Below, in pieces: positions 46,273 through 55,846 of a stretch of 64,000 bases of DNA. Below the pieces are notes generated by a model. That model saw only the letters and a program-made list of their open reading frames with translations, searched no databases and was not told the origin of the DNA. The DNA is from Burkholderiales bacterium (GTDB lineage Bacteria > Pseudomonadota > Gammaproteobacteria > Burkholderiales > JAEUOS01), in assembly GCA_040382235.1 (NCBI GenBank), contig JBEIFV010000004.1:12842-76841 (forward strand). The letters run 5' to 3'. A program made the translations under genes and the position numbers. Every line of letters begins with the position of its first letter. Within the stretch, counting starts at the first letter, position 1.

Positions 46273-47313
46273 ATGGAAACAAAAGGCAAAGACAGCGCGC
46301 CGGTCGAGGGGGCCAATCCCGTGACCGACCCCGGCAAGCGGCGCCTCGTCATGTCGTTGTTGACGGCTGCCGCGGCGCTGGCGTTCGGACCGATGGCTGC
46401 CGCTGTCCTGGCGCAAGGCACCTACCCGCAACGCCCCGTGCGCATGGTGGTGCCTTTTCCGCCAGGCGGCACGCTGGACACGGTTGGACGGCTGGTAGCG
46501 TCGCGCCTGCAGGAGCGCTTAAACCAGCCCTTTGTCGTCGAGAACCGCGCGGGTGCCGGGGGCCACATCGGCGCGGAGCTGGTGGCGCGAGCCACGCCGG
46601 ACGGGTACACGCTCCTGTTCTCCGGAACCTGGATTGCCATCTCGCCCAACCTGCAAAAGCTCTCCTACGACGTGGCGCGCGACCTGGCGGGTGTGTCGCT
46701 GCTGAGCCTGGGTACGTTCGTGCTGGTGGCGCCGGCCAGCCAGCCATTCAACACTCTCGCGGAATTCCTGGCGGCGGCCAAAGCGGCCCCCGGCAAGTTC
46801 GCCTACGGCTCGCAAGGCAGCGGCAGCGGTCCGCACCTGTCGATGGAGTGGCTCAAGAATCTGGCCGGCGTGCAGGTTCTGCACATTCCCTACAAGGGCG
46901 CCGCGCCCAGCCTGCAGGCCTTGCTGGCCGGAGAAGTCGGGCTCGCGTTCGAGCCTGTATTCTCGGTGCTGCCGCACGTTCGCGCCGGCAAGCTCAAGGC
47001 GCTGGCTGTCGGCAGTCCGCGCCCGCTGCCGGCGCTTCCCGGCGTGCCGGCCGTCGCCCAAACCTTTGCCGGTTTCGACACCGACGGCTGGCAGGCATTG
47101 ATGGCACCTGCCGGCACCCCGCGCGAGATTCTGGCCCAGCTTTCCAGCGAGATCGCGCGCGTCATGGCCATGCCTGACTTGGTTGGCCGTTTGCAGGCCC
47201 TCGGTACCGAGCCCGCGACGTCCTCGCCCGAGGCGACCGATGCAATGGTGCGTGCGCAGATCGACAACTGGGGTCGCATCATCCGGCAGAACAATATTCG
47301 CGCAGACAACTGA
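46273..47313 (+). CDS. Bug/TctC-family substrate-binding protein
   Basis: ATG at 46273. Long N-terminal leader with KRRLVMSLLTAAAALAF (possibly Tat-like), then YPQRPVRMVVPFPPGGTLDTVGR... Confidence 0.9.
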   Translation: METKGKDSAPVEGANPVTDPGKRRLVMSLLTAAAALAFGPMAAAVLAQGTYPQRPVRMVVPFPPGGTLDTVGRLVASRLQERLNQPFVVENRAGAGGHIGAELVARATPDGYTLLFSGTWIAISPNLQKLSYDVARDLAGVSLLSLGTFVLVAPASQPFNTLAEFLAAAKAAPGKFAYGSQGSGSGPHLSMEWLKNLAGVQVLHIPYKGAAPSLQALLAGEVGLAFEPVFSVLPHVRAGKLKALAVGSPRPLPALPGVPAVAQTFAGFDTDGWQALMAPAGTPREILAQLSSEIARVMAMPDLVGRLQALGTEPATSSPEATDAMVRAQIDNWGRIIRQNNIRADN

Positions 47314-47326
47314 AAAAGGGATCGCC

Positions 47327-48061
47327 GTGACCTTGAAAGCAAGCAAAGTAGTGATTGTCGGCGGGTCGAGCGGCGTCGGACTGGCGCTGGCGCGGCGCGC
47401 CTCAACGGCCGGTGCCGCCGTTACCATCGCCAGCCGTTCTCAGGAACGCGTCGATGCGGCTCTTGCCAAGCTGGGGGCTGGAGTGCAAGGTGCGACCCTC
47501 GATGCGCGAGACGAGGGCGCCATCAAGGCGTTCTTCGCCAGGCTTGGCGAATTCGATCACGTGATCGCGACCGTGACGCCGGGAAGCGTCAACCTGCGTT
47601 ACCGCGGATTCGTCGATCAGCCGACCGAAGATGCCGAAGCGTTGTTTGCCAACAAGTTCTGGGCCCAGTACCGGATCGCCAAATTGGCCGTACCGCACCT
47701 GAGTGCCAACGGCTCGATCACGCTGTTCTCTTCGAACGCAAGCCGGCGCCCGCTCGCCAACATGGCCGCCCACGGAGCTGTGAACGCCGCCATCGAAGGG
47801 CTGGCGCGCGGAATCGCGATCGACATTGCACCCAAGCGGATCAACGTGGTCGCGCCCGCGCGCATGGTGACCGGCACGTTCGACGAATATCCGGAAGCCG
47901 AACGGCAGCGCATGTACGAGGAATGGGGCAAGAAGATGCTGGTCAAGAGGATCGGATATGCCGACGACGCGGCCGCTGCCGCCATGTTCCTCATGGAGAA
48001 CGGCTTCACCACCGGCAACGTAGTCTATGTGGACGGCGGGCTGTTCCTCGCCACCGGCTGA
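47327..48061 (+). CDS. SDR-fold oxidoreductase-like protein lacking the YxxxK dyad
   Basis: GTG at 47327. VVIVGGSSGVGLALAR (Rossmann motif)...NKFWAQYRIAK...NMAAHGAVNAAIEGLARG, where classical SDRs have YxxSKxAv. Confidence 0.75.
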   Translation: MTLKASKVVIVGGSSGVGLALARRASTAGAAVTIASRSQERVDAALAKLGAGVQGATLDARDEGAIKAFFARLGEFDHVIATVTPGSVNLRYRGFVDQPTEDAEALFANKFWAQYRIAKLAVPHLSANGSITLFSSNASRRPLANMAAHGAVNAAIEGLARGIAIDIAPKRINVVAPARMVTGTFDEYPEAERQRMYEEWGKKMLVKRIGYADDAAAAAMFLMENGFTTGNVVYVDGGLFLATG

Positions 48062-48072
48062 AAGGTTTAGCC

Positions 48073-48801
48073 GTGGATATCAAGGATAGTCAGGTGATGG
48101 TGGTCGGCGGCGGCAGCGGCATCGGCCTGGCGGTGGCCAAGGTTGCGGCAGCGGCCGGCGCGCGGGTGGTGATCGCGGGCCGAGACGCCGGCAAGCTCGA
48201 CGCCGCCGCGCGCGAACTCGGCGGGGGTGCGACCGCCGCGCCGGTGGATGCGCGCGACGAAGCTTCACTGGCCACGTTGTTTGCAGCCCAGGCCCCGTTC
48301 GACCACTTGGTCGTCACCGTCGGTCCCGGCGCGACCCGTCAGCGCTACACCAGCTTCCTGGAGCAGCCAAGCGCCGATGCGCATGCGCTGTTCGACAACA
48401 AGTTCTGGGCGCAGTACCTGTGCGCCAAGCTGGCCGCGCCCCACATCGCGCCGGGCGGCTCGATCACGCTGTTCGGCGGCGGCGCGGCGCGCAAGCCGGT
48501 CAAGGCGATGGCGGTGCTGGCGGCGGTGCAGGCGGCGATCGAAGGCCTGGTACGCGGCATGGCGCTGGATTTGGCGCCGCTACGCGTCAACGCGGTGGCG
48601 CCGGGGCGCATCGCCTCGTCGAGCTTCGCCGACATGCCGGACGCCGCGCGTCGCGAGATGTTCGACAAATGGGCTGCGGGCCTGCCGGTGGGGCGTATCG
48701 GGCACCCGGAAGACGCGGCCCAGGCGGCGCTCTACCTGATGCAGAACTCATACACCACCGGCAACATCCTGTACGTGGACGGCGGGCACTATCTCGCCTG
48801 A
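48073..48801 (+). CDS. SDR-fold oxidoreductase-like protein lacking the YxxxK dyad (tandem paralogue)
   Basis: GTG at 48073. VMVVGGGSGIGLAVAK...NKFWAQYLCAK...AMAVLAAVQAAIEGLVRG... Confidence 0.75.
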   Translation: MDIKDSQVMVVGGGSGIGLAVAKVAAAAGARVVIAGRDAGKLDAAARELGGGATAAPVDARDEASLATLFAAQAPFDHLVVTVGPGATRQRYTSFLEQPSADAHALFDNKFWAQYLCAKLAAPHIAPGGSITLFGGGAARKPVKAMAVLAAVQAAIEGLVRGMALDLAPLRVNAVAPGRIASSSFADMPDAARREMFDKWAAGLPVGRIGHPEDAAQAALYLMQNSYTTGNILYVDGGHYLA

Positions 48802-48831
48802 GCCGCTCTCAACGGAGCAAGGAGAACGCAA

Positions 48832-49800
48832 ATGCATCACACCTTCATCCGCATGATAGGTTCTTTGCTCCTCTGCACGCTGGCATCGCTCGCTACAGCG
48901 CAGGAGTTTCCTTCGCGCCCACTTCGCCTGATCGTCCCCTGGCCGGCTGGCGGTGGCCCGGACATCGCCGCGCGCATCATCGCCGAGCACCTTGGCGCGC
49001 GGCTGGGACGCGTGGTCGTGGCCGACAACCGCGCCGGCGCAACCGGGCGCATCGGCACCGAGGCGGCGGCACGCAGCGATGCCGACGGCTACACCCTGGC
49101 ACTGGCCAACGTCTCGACCCACGTTCTGCCGGTAGCCGGCGGGCTCAAGCTCGCCTACGACCCGGTGCGCGATTTCGCACCGGTGGGGCTGATCGGCGGC
49201 ACGCCGGGTCTGCTTGTCGTGCACCCCAGCGTGCCGGCGCAGAACCTGAAGGACCTCATCGCGCTGGCCAAGGCGAGTCCGGGGAAGCTCACCTTCGCCT
49301 CGCCGGGCACCGGCTCGGGGTTTCATATCACTGCAGAGATGTTCAAAGGGGCTGCGGGCATCGACATCCTCCACGTACCGTTCAAGGGTGCTGCGCCGGC
49401 GCTCACCGAGGTGCTTGGAGGTCGCGTAGACATGGTGTTCGACCAGCAGGGCGCGCTGGCCCAGGTGGCAGCCGGCAAACTGCGCGCCATCGCCACCACG
49501 GGGCCGAAACGCTGGTCGGCAGCTCCGGAGGTTCCGACCCTGGACGAAGCGGGGCTCAAGGGCTTCGAAGCGCTGTCGTGGTTTGGCATCTTCGTACCGG
49601 CGGCCACGCCGCAGCCGATCATCGCACGTCTGTCGCGTGAACTCGGTGCCGCCCTTGGTTCTCCGGAGGGCCGCAAGGCGCTGCTCGATCGCGGCATCGA
49701 GCCAATGCCGGGCACGCCGGACGATTTGCGCGCGCGTCAGCGCGGCGACATCGAGCGCTGGGGCCGCGCGATCCGCGAAGCGAAAATCGCGATTGAATAA
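48832..49800 (+). CDS. Bug/TctC-family substrate-binding protein
   Basis: ...FPSRPLRLIVPWPAGGGPDIAARII...NRAGATGRIG...HVPFKGAAPA... Confidence 0.9.
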   Translation: MHHTFIRMIGSLLLCTLASLATAQEFPSRPLRLIVPWPAGGGPDIAARIIAEHLGARLGRVVVADNRAGATGRIGTEAAARSDADGYTLALANVSTHVLPVAGGLKLAYDPVRDFAPVGLIGGTPGLLVVHPSVPAQNLKDLIALAKASPGKLTFASPGTGSGFHITAEMFKGAAGIDILHVPFKGAAPALTEVLGGRVDMVFDQQGALAQVAAGKLRAIATTGPKRWSAAPEVPTLDEAGLKGFEALSWFGIFVPAATPQPIIARLSRELGAALGSPEGRKALLDRGIEPMPGTPDDLRARQRGDIERWGRAIREAKIAIE

Positions 49801-49886
49801 CGGATTCATTACAACCAACCGAGCCTGTTGCCTGACTGGATCGGCGACAAGCTCCGTGTGATGATCTCCGGACGGGAGTGGGCGAC

Positions 49887-50186
49887 ATGAAGGCATGGCT
49901 GGTGGAAAAGACCGAGGGCGCGGCGCGCTCGGCGTGGCGCGAGGTCGCCGATCTCGTTCCGGGAGCGAGCGGCCTCCTCTTGAAGGTGCGCGCCAGGGGT
50001 ATCGACCGCACGGACCTCATGCTCAACACCGGGCACTATGCGCGCATTCCGACCAAGCCACGCCGTCCGCCCGCCGGGCTGGAAGGGGCCGGCGAGGTCA
50101 TGGGCATGCCGGCCGGTGCCCACGCTGAACAGATGGTGCGGCGAATCTGCCGTGCCTGCTGCGGACGCACTGGAGGCAAGCAATGA
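49887..50186 (+). pseudogene. degenerate N-terminal stump of a quinone oxidoreductase (paralogue of 51222..52205)
   Basis: MKAWLVEKTEGAARSAWREVADLVPGASGLLLKVRARGIDRTDLMLNTGHYARIPTKPRRPPAGLEGAGEVMGM--PAGAHAEQMV parallels MKAWLIEANADGKS...GLEAAGEVIGIGSEVSGWSIGDRVLGMLSGGHAEQVL, with an internal deletion. It then loses similarity and ends at the next Bug gene start. Confidence 0.65.
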
Positions 50187-51139
50187 CGAAATGGTTCAAT
50201 CGGCTTGCGGCACTTGCAGCGCTGTGCCTGTTGCTGCCGGCTGCGGCGCAGTATCCGGCGCGCCCGGTGAAGATCATCGTGCCGTTTCCGCCGGGTTCCA
50301 CCGGCGACCTGGTGCCGCGCGCCATCGCGCAACGCCTGCAGCAGAGCACCGGGCAGGCCTTTATCCTTGAAGCCAAGCCAGGTGCGGCCGGCAACATCGC
50401 CGCCGAATTCGTGGCCAAGGCAGCGCCCGACGGCTACACCCTGCTAACCCATTCGGTGGCGATCGCGATCACGCCACACCTGACAAAGCCCGCCTTCGAC
50501 ATTCAAAAGGACCTGATACCCCTGAGCCAGACCATCGCCGGCTCCTATGTTCTGATCGCGCATCCTTCGTTTCCCGCCAGCACACTCAAGGAATTCATCG
50601 ACGAGGTGAAGAAGAACCCGGGGCGACACAACTACGGCAGCTACGGCATCGGCTCCGGGCCGCACCTGGCGATGGAAGTCTTCAAGTCTTCCGCCGGCCT
50701 GGATGTGCAGCACGTACCTTTCAAGGGCGCCGCGCCTGCGATGCAGGAATTGCAGGCCGGCCGCGTGCAGTTTGCGTTCGACACAACGGTGGCCTCGATT
50801 CCGCACATCCGCAGCGGCCGCGTCAAGGCCATCGCTCTGGGCGGGCCGCGTACCCATGAAGTGTTGCCGGGGGTGCCGACCATCGCGCAGATGTATGCCG
50901 GTTTCGATACCGACGGCTGGCAGGGATTTTTCGCGCCGGCCGGCACGCCGCCCGAGGTGGTGCAGAAGCTCAACGCCGAGATCGTGCGCGCGGTGCGATC
51001 GCCCGAATTCGTCAAGCAGATGAAAGACTTGGGCTTCGAAGCCGTCGGCAACACCCAGGAGCAGTTCAACGCGCTGGTGCAGTCGGAGTACGCCAGGTAT
51101 GGCCGCGTGATCCGTGAGCACGGGATCAAGGCTGAATGA
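50183..51139 (+). CDS. Bug/TctC-family substrate-binding protein
   Basis: ...YPARPVKIIVPFPPGSTGDLVPR...AKPGAAGNIA...HVPFKGAAPA... Confidence 0.9.
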   Translation: MTKWFNRLAALAALCLLLPAAAQYPARPVKIIVPFPPGSTGDLVPRAIAQRLQQSTGQAFILEAKPGAAGNIAAEFVAKAAPDGYTLLTHSVAIAITPHLTKPAFDIQKDLIPLSQTIAGSYVLIAHPSFPASTLKEFIDEVKKNPGRHNYGSYGIGSGPHLAMEVFKSSAGLDVQHVPFKGAAPAMQELQAGRVQFAFDTTVASIPHIRSGRVKAIALGGPRTHEVLPGVPTIAQMYAGFDTDGWQGFFAPAGTPPEVVQKLNAEIVRAVRSPEFVKQMKDLGFEAVGNTQEQFNALVQSEYARYGRVIREHGIKAE

Positions 51140-51221
51140 ACAGGGCGCGTTCGGCTTGCCGGGAGGATGTGCAGCGCCGCGTCGGCCGCGGGATTAGGCC
51201 GCTCCAACGGGAATGTGGACC

Positions 51222-52205
51222 ATGAAAGCCTGGCTGATCGAGGCGAATGCGGATGGAAAGTCACGGCTGCGCCTGGCCGACCTGCCGGATTTGGCGCCCG
51301 GCCCCTGCGACCTGCTGCTGCGCACTCGCGCGGCTGGATTGAACCGCGCCGACCTTGGGCGCAACGCCAGGCACTACGAGCGTGTGCCGACCAGGCCGCC
51401 GCATCCCATCGCCGGGCTCGAGGCCGCCGGTGAGGTGATCGGCATCGGCAGCGAGGTCAGCGGCTGGTCGATCGGGGATCGCGTGCTGGGCATGCTCTCG
51501 GGCGGCCATGCCGAGCAGGTGCTGATCGACCATCGGCTCGCGGTGCGCGTGCCACGAGGCTTGTCATGGACCCAGGCCGCGGCGCTGCCGGTGGCACTGT
51601 TCACCGCGCACGACGCGCTTGTCACCCACGGCCGGATGGCGGCCGGCGAAGCCGTGTTCATCCAGGCTGCCGCCAGCGGGGTGGGCATCGCCGCCACCCA
51701 GATCGCGCGTGCCAGGGGCGCGGCGCTGGTAGCCGGCACCGCGAGCGCCGCCAAGCTCGACCGCCTGGCCGAATTGGGTCTGACCCACGGCATCGATTAC
51801 GCGCAGGGCGGCGTGGTGGAAGCAGTGATGCGGGCCACGGCCGATGCGGGGGCGGACGTGATCATCGACATGGTGGGCGCAAAGGCCGCCGCCGACCACC
51901 TCGCGCTGGCTGCCTACGGCGCCCGCTGGGTGCAGATCGGCCGCATGGGCGGCACGACCGGACCGCTTGACTTCGACCTGCTGGCAAAAAAGCGCATCAG
52001 CCTCCACGGTGTGACCTTCCGCACGCGCGATGTCGCGCAATTCGCCGCCGTGGTGCAAGCGGCGTGGAACGATTTTGGTGTCGCCGTCGCCGCCGGCCGC
52101 TTTGCCATGCCGGTGGAAAAGGTATATCCCCTGGCCGAGGCCGATCAGGCGCTGTCGGCGATGCGCGAGAACCGCCACTTCGGCAAGTTCGTGCTCGTGG
52201 TCTGA
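51222..52205 (+). CDS. NADPH:quinone oxidoreductase family protein
   Basis: MKAWLIEANADGKSRLRLADLPDLAPGPCDLLLRTRAAGLNRADL...AVFIQAAASGVGIAATQIAR.... The track start is 51213; the ATG at 51222 matches the paralogue N-terminus. Confidence 0.9.
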   Translation: MKAWLIEANADGKSRLRLADLPDLAPGPCDLLLRTRAAGLNRADLGRNARHYERVPTRPPHPIAGLEAAGEVIGIGSEVSGWSIGDRVLGMLSGGHAEQVLIDHRLAVRVPRGLSWTQAAALPVALFTAHDALVTHGRMAAGEAVFIQAAASGVGIAATQIARARGAALVAGTASAAKLDRLAELGLTHGIDYAQGGVVEAVMRATADAGADVIIDMVGAKAAADHLALAAYGARWVQIGRMGGTTGPLDFDLLAKKRISLHGVTFRTRDVAQFAAVVQAAWNDFGVAVAAGRFAMPVEKVYPLAEADQALSAMRENRHFGKFVLVV

Positions 52206-52312
52206 GCATGCGTAACCGATCTGGGCACTGAAAAAATTTCTGGCGACAGTGATGCGACGCTGCCGGTCGCGCCCGAGCCCTGAAGCGACACACCACAACG
52301 GAGACGAGCCTG

Positions 52313-53302
52313 ATGAACAACCCCCTGACCAGGATCTGCCAGCGCGCCCTGCTTGCCTTGGCGCTGGCATCACTGACGCTGACGCAGGGCGCGGCGCTTG
52401 CGCAAAGCTTCGCCACCCGCCCGGTGAAAATCGTGGTGCCGTTTGCCGCTGGCGGGGTAACCGACCTGATGGGGCGTCTGGTCGCACCCAAGATGGGCGC
52501 CGAATTGGGGCAAGCGATCGTGGTGGAAAACCGCCCCGGGGCAGGCGCGACCCTGGGCACCGATGCGGTGGCCAAGGCGGCGCCCGATGGCCATACGATC
52601 TTGCTGGGCACCATCACCACCCATACGACCGCGCCGCACATGTCGAAGCTGCCTTACAGCGCCGACAAGGATTTTGCGCCGATCGGTTTTTACGGTTTCA
52701 ACTCCGCCTGGCTGCTGGTGAATCCCGCGTTGCCGATCAGGAGCTTTGCCGAGTTCGTGGCCTATGCGCGCCAAAACCCCGGCAAGCTCAATTACGGCAC
52801 GCCGTCGATCGGCAGTTCGTCGCATCTCGCGGCCGAGTTGCTCAAGCAAACCTTGAATCTCGACTACCAGCACGTGCCCTACAAGGGCAGCACCCCGGCG
52901 CTGCAGGACCTTGTGGGCGGCCAGCTGCAATTCATGTTCGACAACATCGGCTCCTCCACCCCGCTGGTCAAGGCCGGCAAGCTGCGGGCGCTGGCGGTCA
53001 CCGCAGGACGACGCGTGGCGTCGGCGCCGGAAGTGCCGACGGTGGCAGAGTCCGGTGTCGCCGGGTTCGAAGTGATCGGCTGGGCTGCGCTATTCGCGCC
53101 GGTGGGTACGCCGGCGGCCGCGGTGGCGCAACTCAACCGCGCGCTCAATGCGGCGCTCGCTGAACCGGAGGTGCGTCAGAAGCTGCTTGACGCCGGCATC
53201 GAGACCCGCAGCGGTTCGCCGGAGGAGCTGGCGCGCTTTGTGCGCGCGGAGTCGGACAAATGGGCCGAGGTAATCAGGAAGGGCGGCATCAGGGCGGAGT
53301 AG
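52313..53302 (+). CDS. Bug/TctC-family substrate-binding protein
   Basis: ...FATRPVKIVVPFAAGGVTDLMGR...NRPGAGATLG...HVPYKGSTPA... Confidence 0.9.
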   Translation: MNNPLTRICQRALLALALASLTLTQGAALAQSFATRPVKIVVPFAAGGVTDLMGRLVAPKMGAELGQAIVVENRPGAGATLGTDAVAKAAPDGHTILLGTITTHTTAPHMSKLPYSADKDFAPIGFYGFNSAWLLVNPALPIRSFAEFVAYARQNPGKLNYGTPSIGSSSHLAAELLKQTLNLDYQHVPYKGSTPALQDLVGGQLQFMFDNIGSSTPLVKAGKLRALAVTAGRRVASAPEVPTVAESGVAGFEVIGWAALFAPVGTPAAAVAQLNRALNAALAEPEVRQKLLDAGIETRSGSPEELARFVRAESDKWAEVIRKGGIRAE

Positions 53303-53310
53303 GGCGCCCT

Positions 53311-53366
53311 GCCCGCTTTCGTTGCGCCCCTCCCGCTGCCGGTGCAGGCCGCGCAACGTCGCGGGC
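53311..53366. terminator. candidate bidirectional stem-loop between convergent genes
   Basis: GCCCGCTTTCGTTGCGC (53311..53327) pairs imperfectly with GCGCAACGTCGCGGGC (53351..53366). Large loop and no U-tract, so this is weak. Confidence 0.3.
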
Positions 53367-53371
53367 TGGTC

Positions 53372-54433
53372 TCACGCCACTGTGATCGCACTCGACAGAT
53401 ACACATCCTGAATCGCATTGAGCAATGCCACGCCGTCGGCCATCGGCTTCTGGAACGCTTTGCGCCCCGAGATCAGCCCCATGCCGCCGGCGCGCTTGTT
53501 GATCACCGCTGTGCGCACCGCGTCGTGCAGATCGTTTGCGCCCGAGGCGCCGCCGGAATTGATGAGTCCGGCGCGACCCATGTAGCAATTGGCCACCTGG
53601 TAGCGCGCCAGGTCGATCGGGTGCTCGGAGGCCAGGTCGCTGTACATGCGGCGGTCGTTCTTGCCGTAGGGATTTTCCTTGGTGTTGAGCGCCAGGTAGC
53701 CGCCGTTGTTCTCCGGCAGTTTCTGCTTGATGATGTCCGCCTCCAGGGTCACGCCCAGGTGGTTGGCCTGGCCGGTCAGGTCGGCCGACACGTGATAGTC
53801 GATGTCCTTCTTGAAGGCCGGGTTGCGCAGGTAGCACCAGAGCACGGTGGCCATGCCCATTTCGTGCGCCGCCTGGAACGCTTGCGTCACCTCGACGATC
53901 TGGCGCCCGGATTCGGGCGAACCGAAGTAGATGGTGGCGCCGACCGCCACCGCGCCCATCTCGCGTGCCTGCTTGATGCTGGCGAAAAAGATCTGGTCGA
54001 ACTTGTTGGGGTAGGTCAGGAACTCGTTGTGGTTGAACTTGAGCAGGAACGGAATCTTGTGCGCATACTTGCGCGAGCATGCGCCCAGCACGCCGAGCGT
54101 CGAGGCCACCGCGTTGCAGCCGCCCTCGATGGCCAGCTTGACGATGTTTTCGGGGTCGAAGTACAGCGGATTTTTTGCGAACGAGGCGCCCGCGCTGTGC
54201 TCGATGCCCTGGTCGACCGGCAGGATCGACAGGTAGCCGCTGCCGCCTAAGCGTCCGTGGTTGAACATCTGTTGAAGGCTGCGCAGCACCGGTGGCGGCC
54301 GGTCGGACAGGGCCACCACGCGGTCGACGAAATCGGGTCCCGGCAGATGCAGGCCCTGCTTCGGAATGCCCTTGCACACGTGGGACAGGAGGCCTTCGGC
54401 TTCGGCGCCCAGAAGTTGGATGATGTCGCTCAT
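53372..54433 (-). CDS. fbaB: class I fructose-bisphosphate aldolase (FbaB/DhnA-type)
   Basis: ATG at 54433. [24 protein letters not shown]...[21 protein letters not shown]...LLKFNHNE...[18 protein letters not shown]...[10 protein letters not shown]... Confidence 0.85.
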   Translation of the reverse strand: MSDIIQLLGAEAEGLLSHVCKGIPKQGLHLPGPDFVDRVVALSDRPPPVLRSLQQMFNHGRLGGSGYLSILPVDQGIEHSAGASFAKNPLYFDPENIVKLAIEGGCNAVASTLGVLGACSRKYAHKIPFLLKFNHNEFLTYPNKFDQIFFASIKQAREMGAVAVGATIYFGSPESGRQIVEVTQAFQAAHEMGMATVLWCYLRNPAFKKDIDYHVSADLTGQANHLGVTLEADIIKQKLPENNGGYLALNTKENPYGKNDRRMYSDLASEHPIDLARYQVANCYMGRAGLINSGGASGANDLHDAVRTAVINKRAGGMGLISGRKAFQKPMADGVALLNAIQDVYLSSAITVA

Positions 54434-54545
54434 GATCGATTCCTCTGAAGGTTCCGCAACGCGTGGATTGTGGTGCGGAGAATTCGCCCTCAAAGCATAG
54501 CGCTGCGCCGCCGCTGTAGGTTTGCGGTACATCAAACTTACGGCG
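54229..54545. repeat. ~315-bp direct repeat, copy A (fbaB codons 1-68 plus ~110 bp of its upstream region)
   Basis: Aligned by eye with 58465..58775, mostly identical with scattered substitutions and one small indel. For example ..GCCGCTGCCGCCTAAGCGTCC.., ..GCTGCGCAGCACCGGTGGCGGCC.., ..GGATGATGTCGCTCATGATCGATTC.., ..GTTTGCGG(T/C)ACATCAAACTT... Confidence 0.85.
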
Positions 54546-54913
54546 CAGGCGCGGCAGGCGCAATTGGCGTTGACCCATTGGCTCAAGGCCTTGCGTGGCG
54601 CGCGGTGATGGCGGCGTGCGGCGCGGCGCCCTGCGCAGGGGTTGAGGTGCCAGGCCTGGGCCAAGGCCGGCGCTCGGATCGTCGATGCCGGGCGTGAAGC
54701 GTCATTTCGTTATCCCGGTGCCGCGCGACTTGCGCGGAATCACTGGGTGGGTGGCAAGCACAACCTGTGCGCACCGGGCATCGGGCCCAGCTAGCTGAAA
54801 GCGCATTGATCAGTCAGTGAAGCCAGTGCTACGGGCATTGGCTACGTGTTTGCTAAGCTGCGGGCTGAGCCTTGACATGCCGCCCGTGGGTGGCACACCT
54901 GATTGCCGCCCTC

Positions 54914-55846
54914 ATGAATCCATTGGTTGCCCGGCTGTTCGAAAACATTCGCAAGGTTGTTTTCGACAAGGATCACGTGATCGAGTCGGTGATCGTGGTG
55001 CTATTGGCGCGCGGTCACCTGTTGCTAGATGATGTGCCCGGCACCGGCAAGACCATGCTGGCGCGCGCGTTGGCGGCCTCGCTCGGTCTGGTCTGCAAGC
55101 GGATTCAGTTCACGCCCGACCTGCTTCCTTCGGACGTCACCGGAACGTCGATTTATCACGCTCCTAGCGGCGAGTTCCGTTTTCGCGCGGGCCCGGTGTT
55201 CACCGATTTCCTGCTCGCCGACGAGATCAATCGCGCCACCCCGCGCACCCAGGCGGCACTGCTTGAAGGCATGGAGGAACGCCAGGTCAGCATCGATGGT
55301 GTGACGCATCGACTTCCCGAGAGTTTCATGGTGCTGGCCACCCAGAATCCGGTTGAACTGGCCGGCACCTATCCTTTGCCGGAGGCGCAACTCGACCGCT
55401 TCATGCTTTGTACCTCGCTGGGCTATCCCGCGCCGGAAGCCGAAGCACGCATTTTCCTGGCGCAACGCCAGGGCCACCCGGTTGATTCGCTGGCGCCTGT
55501 TCTCGATGCGGCCACACTGGCGCACCTGCGCGAGCAAACCGCTGCGATGTTCGTCCACCCGCGGGTGGCGCGCTACGCCACCGATATCGTCGCGGCGACG
55601 CGTAGCCATCCCGATGTCGCCTTGGGCGCGAGTCCGCGCGCCGGCATCGCGCTGTGCCGGGCGGCACAGGCGCTGGCGTTGATGGGCGGTGCCGCGTTTG
55701 TCGACCCGGCACTGGTCAAGCGACTTGCCCCCGCGGTGCTGGCGCACCGGCTCAAGCTCAAGTCCGAAGCGCGCCTGGATGGCCGCACCGCCGCGCAGGT
55801 GGTCAGCAAGGTGTCTGGCAGTGTGGCGATACCGGCCGCTGATTGA
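54914..55846 (+). CDS. MoxR-family AAA+ ATPase
   Basis: ATG at 54914. ...[19 protein letters not shown] (Walker A)...[28 protein letters not shown] (Walker B)...VLATQNP... Confidence 0.9.
   Translation: MNPLVARLFENIRKVVFDKDHVIESVIVVLLARGHLLLDDVPGTGKTMLARALAASLGLVCKRIQFTPDLLPSDVTGTSIYHAPSGEFRFRAGPVFTDFLLADEINRATPRTQAALLEGMEERQVSIDGVTHRLPESFMVLATQNPVELAGTYPLPEAQLDRFMLCTSLGYPAPEAEARIFLAQRQGHPVDSLAPVLDAATLAHLREQTAAMFVHPRVARYATDIVAATRSHPDVALGASPRAGIALCRAAQALALMGGAAFVDPALVKRLAPAVLAHRLKLKSEARLDGRTAAQVVSKVSGSVAIPAAD

Noticed and set aside
46273-46400. Twin-arginine (Tat) signal on the Bug protein at 46273
   Set aside because: ..PGKRRLVMSLLTAAAALAF.. has an RR pair followed by a hydrophobic stretch but lacks the S/T-R-R-x-F-L-K context. 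I noted it in the feature but did not claim it.
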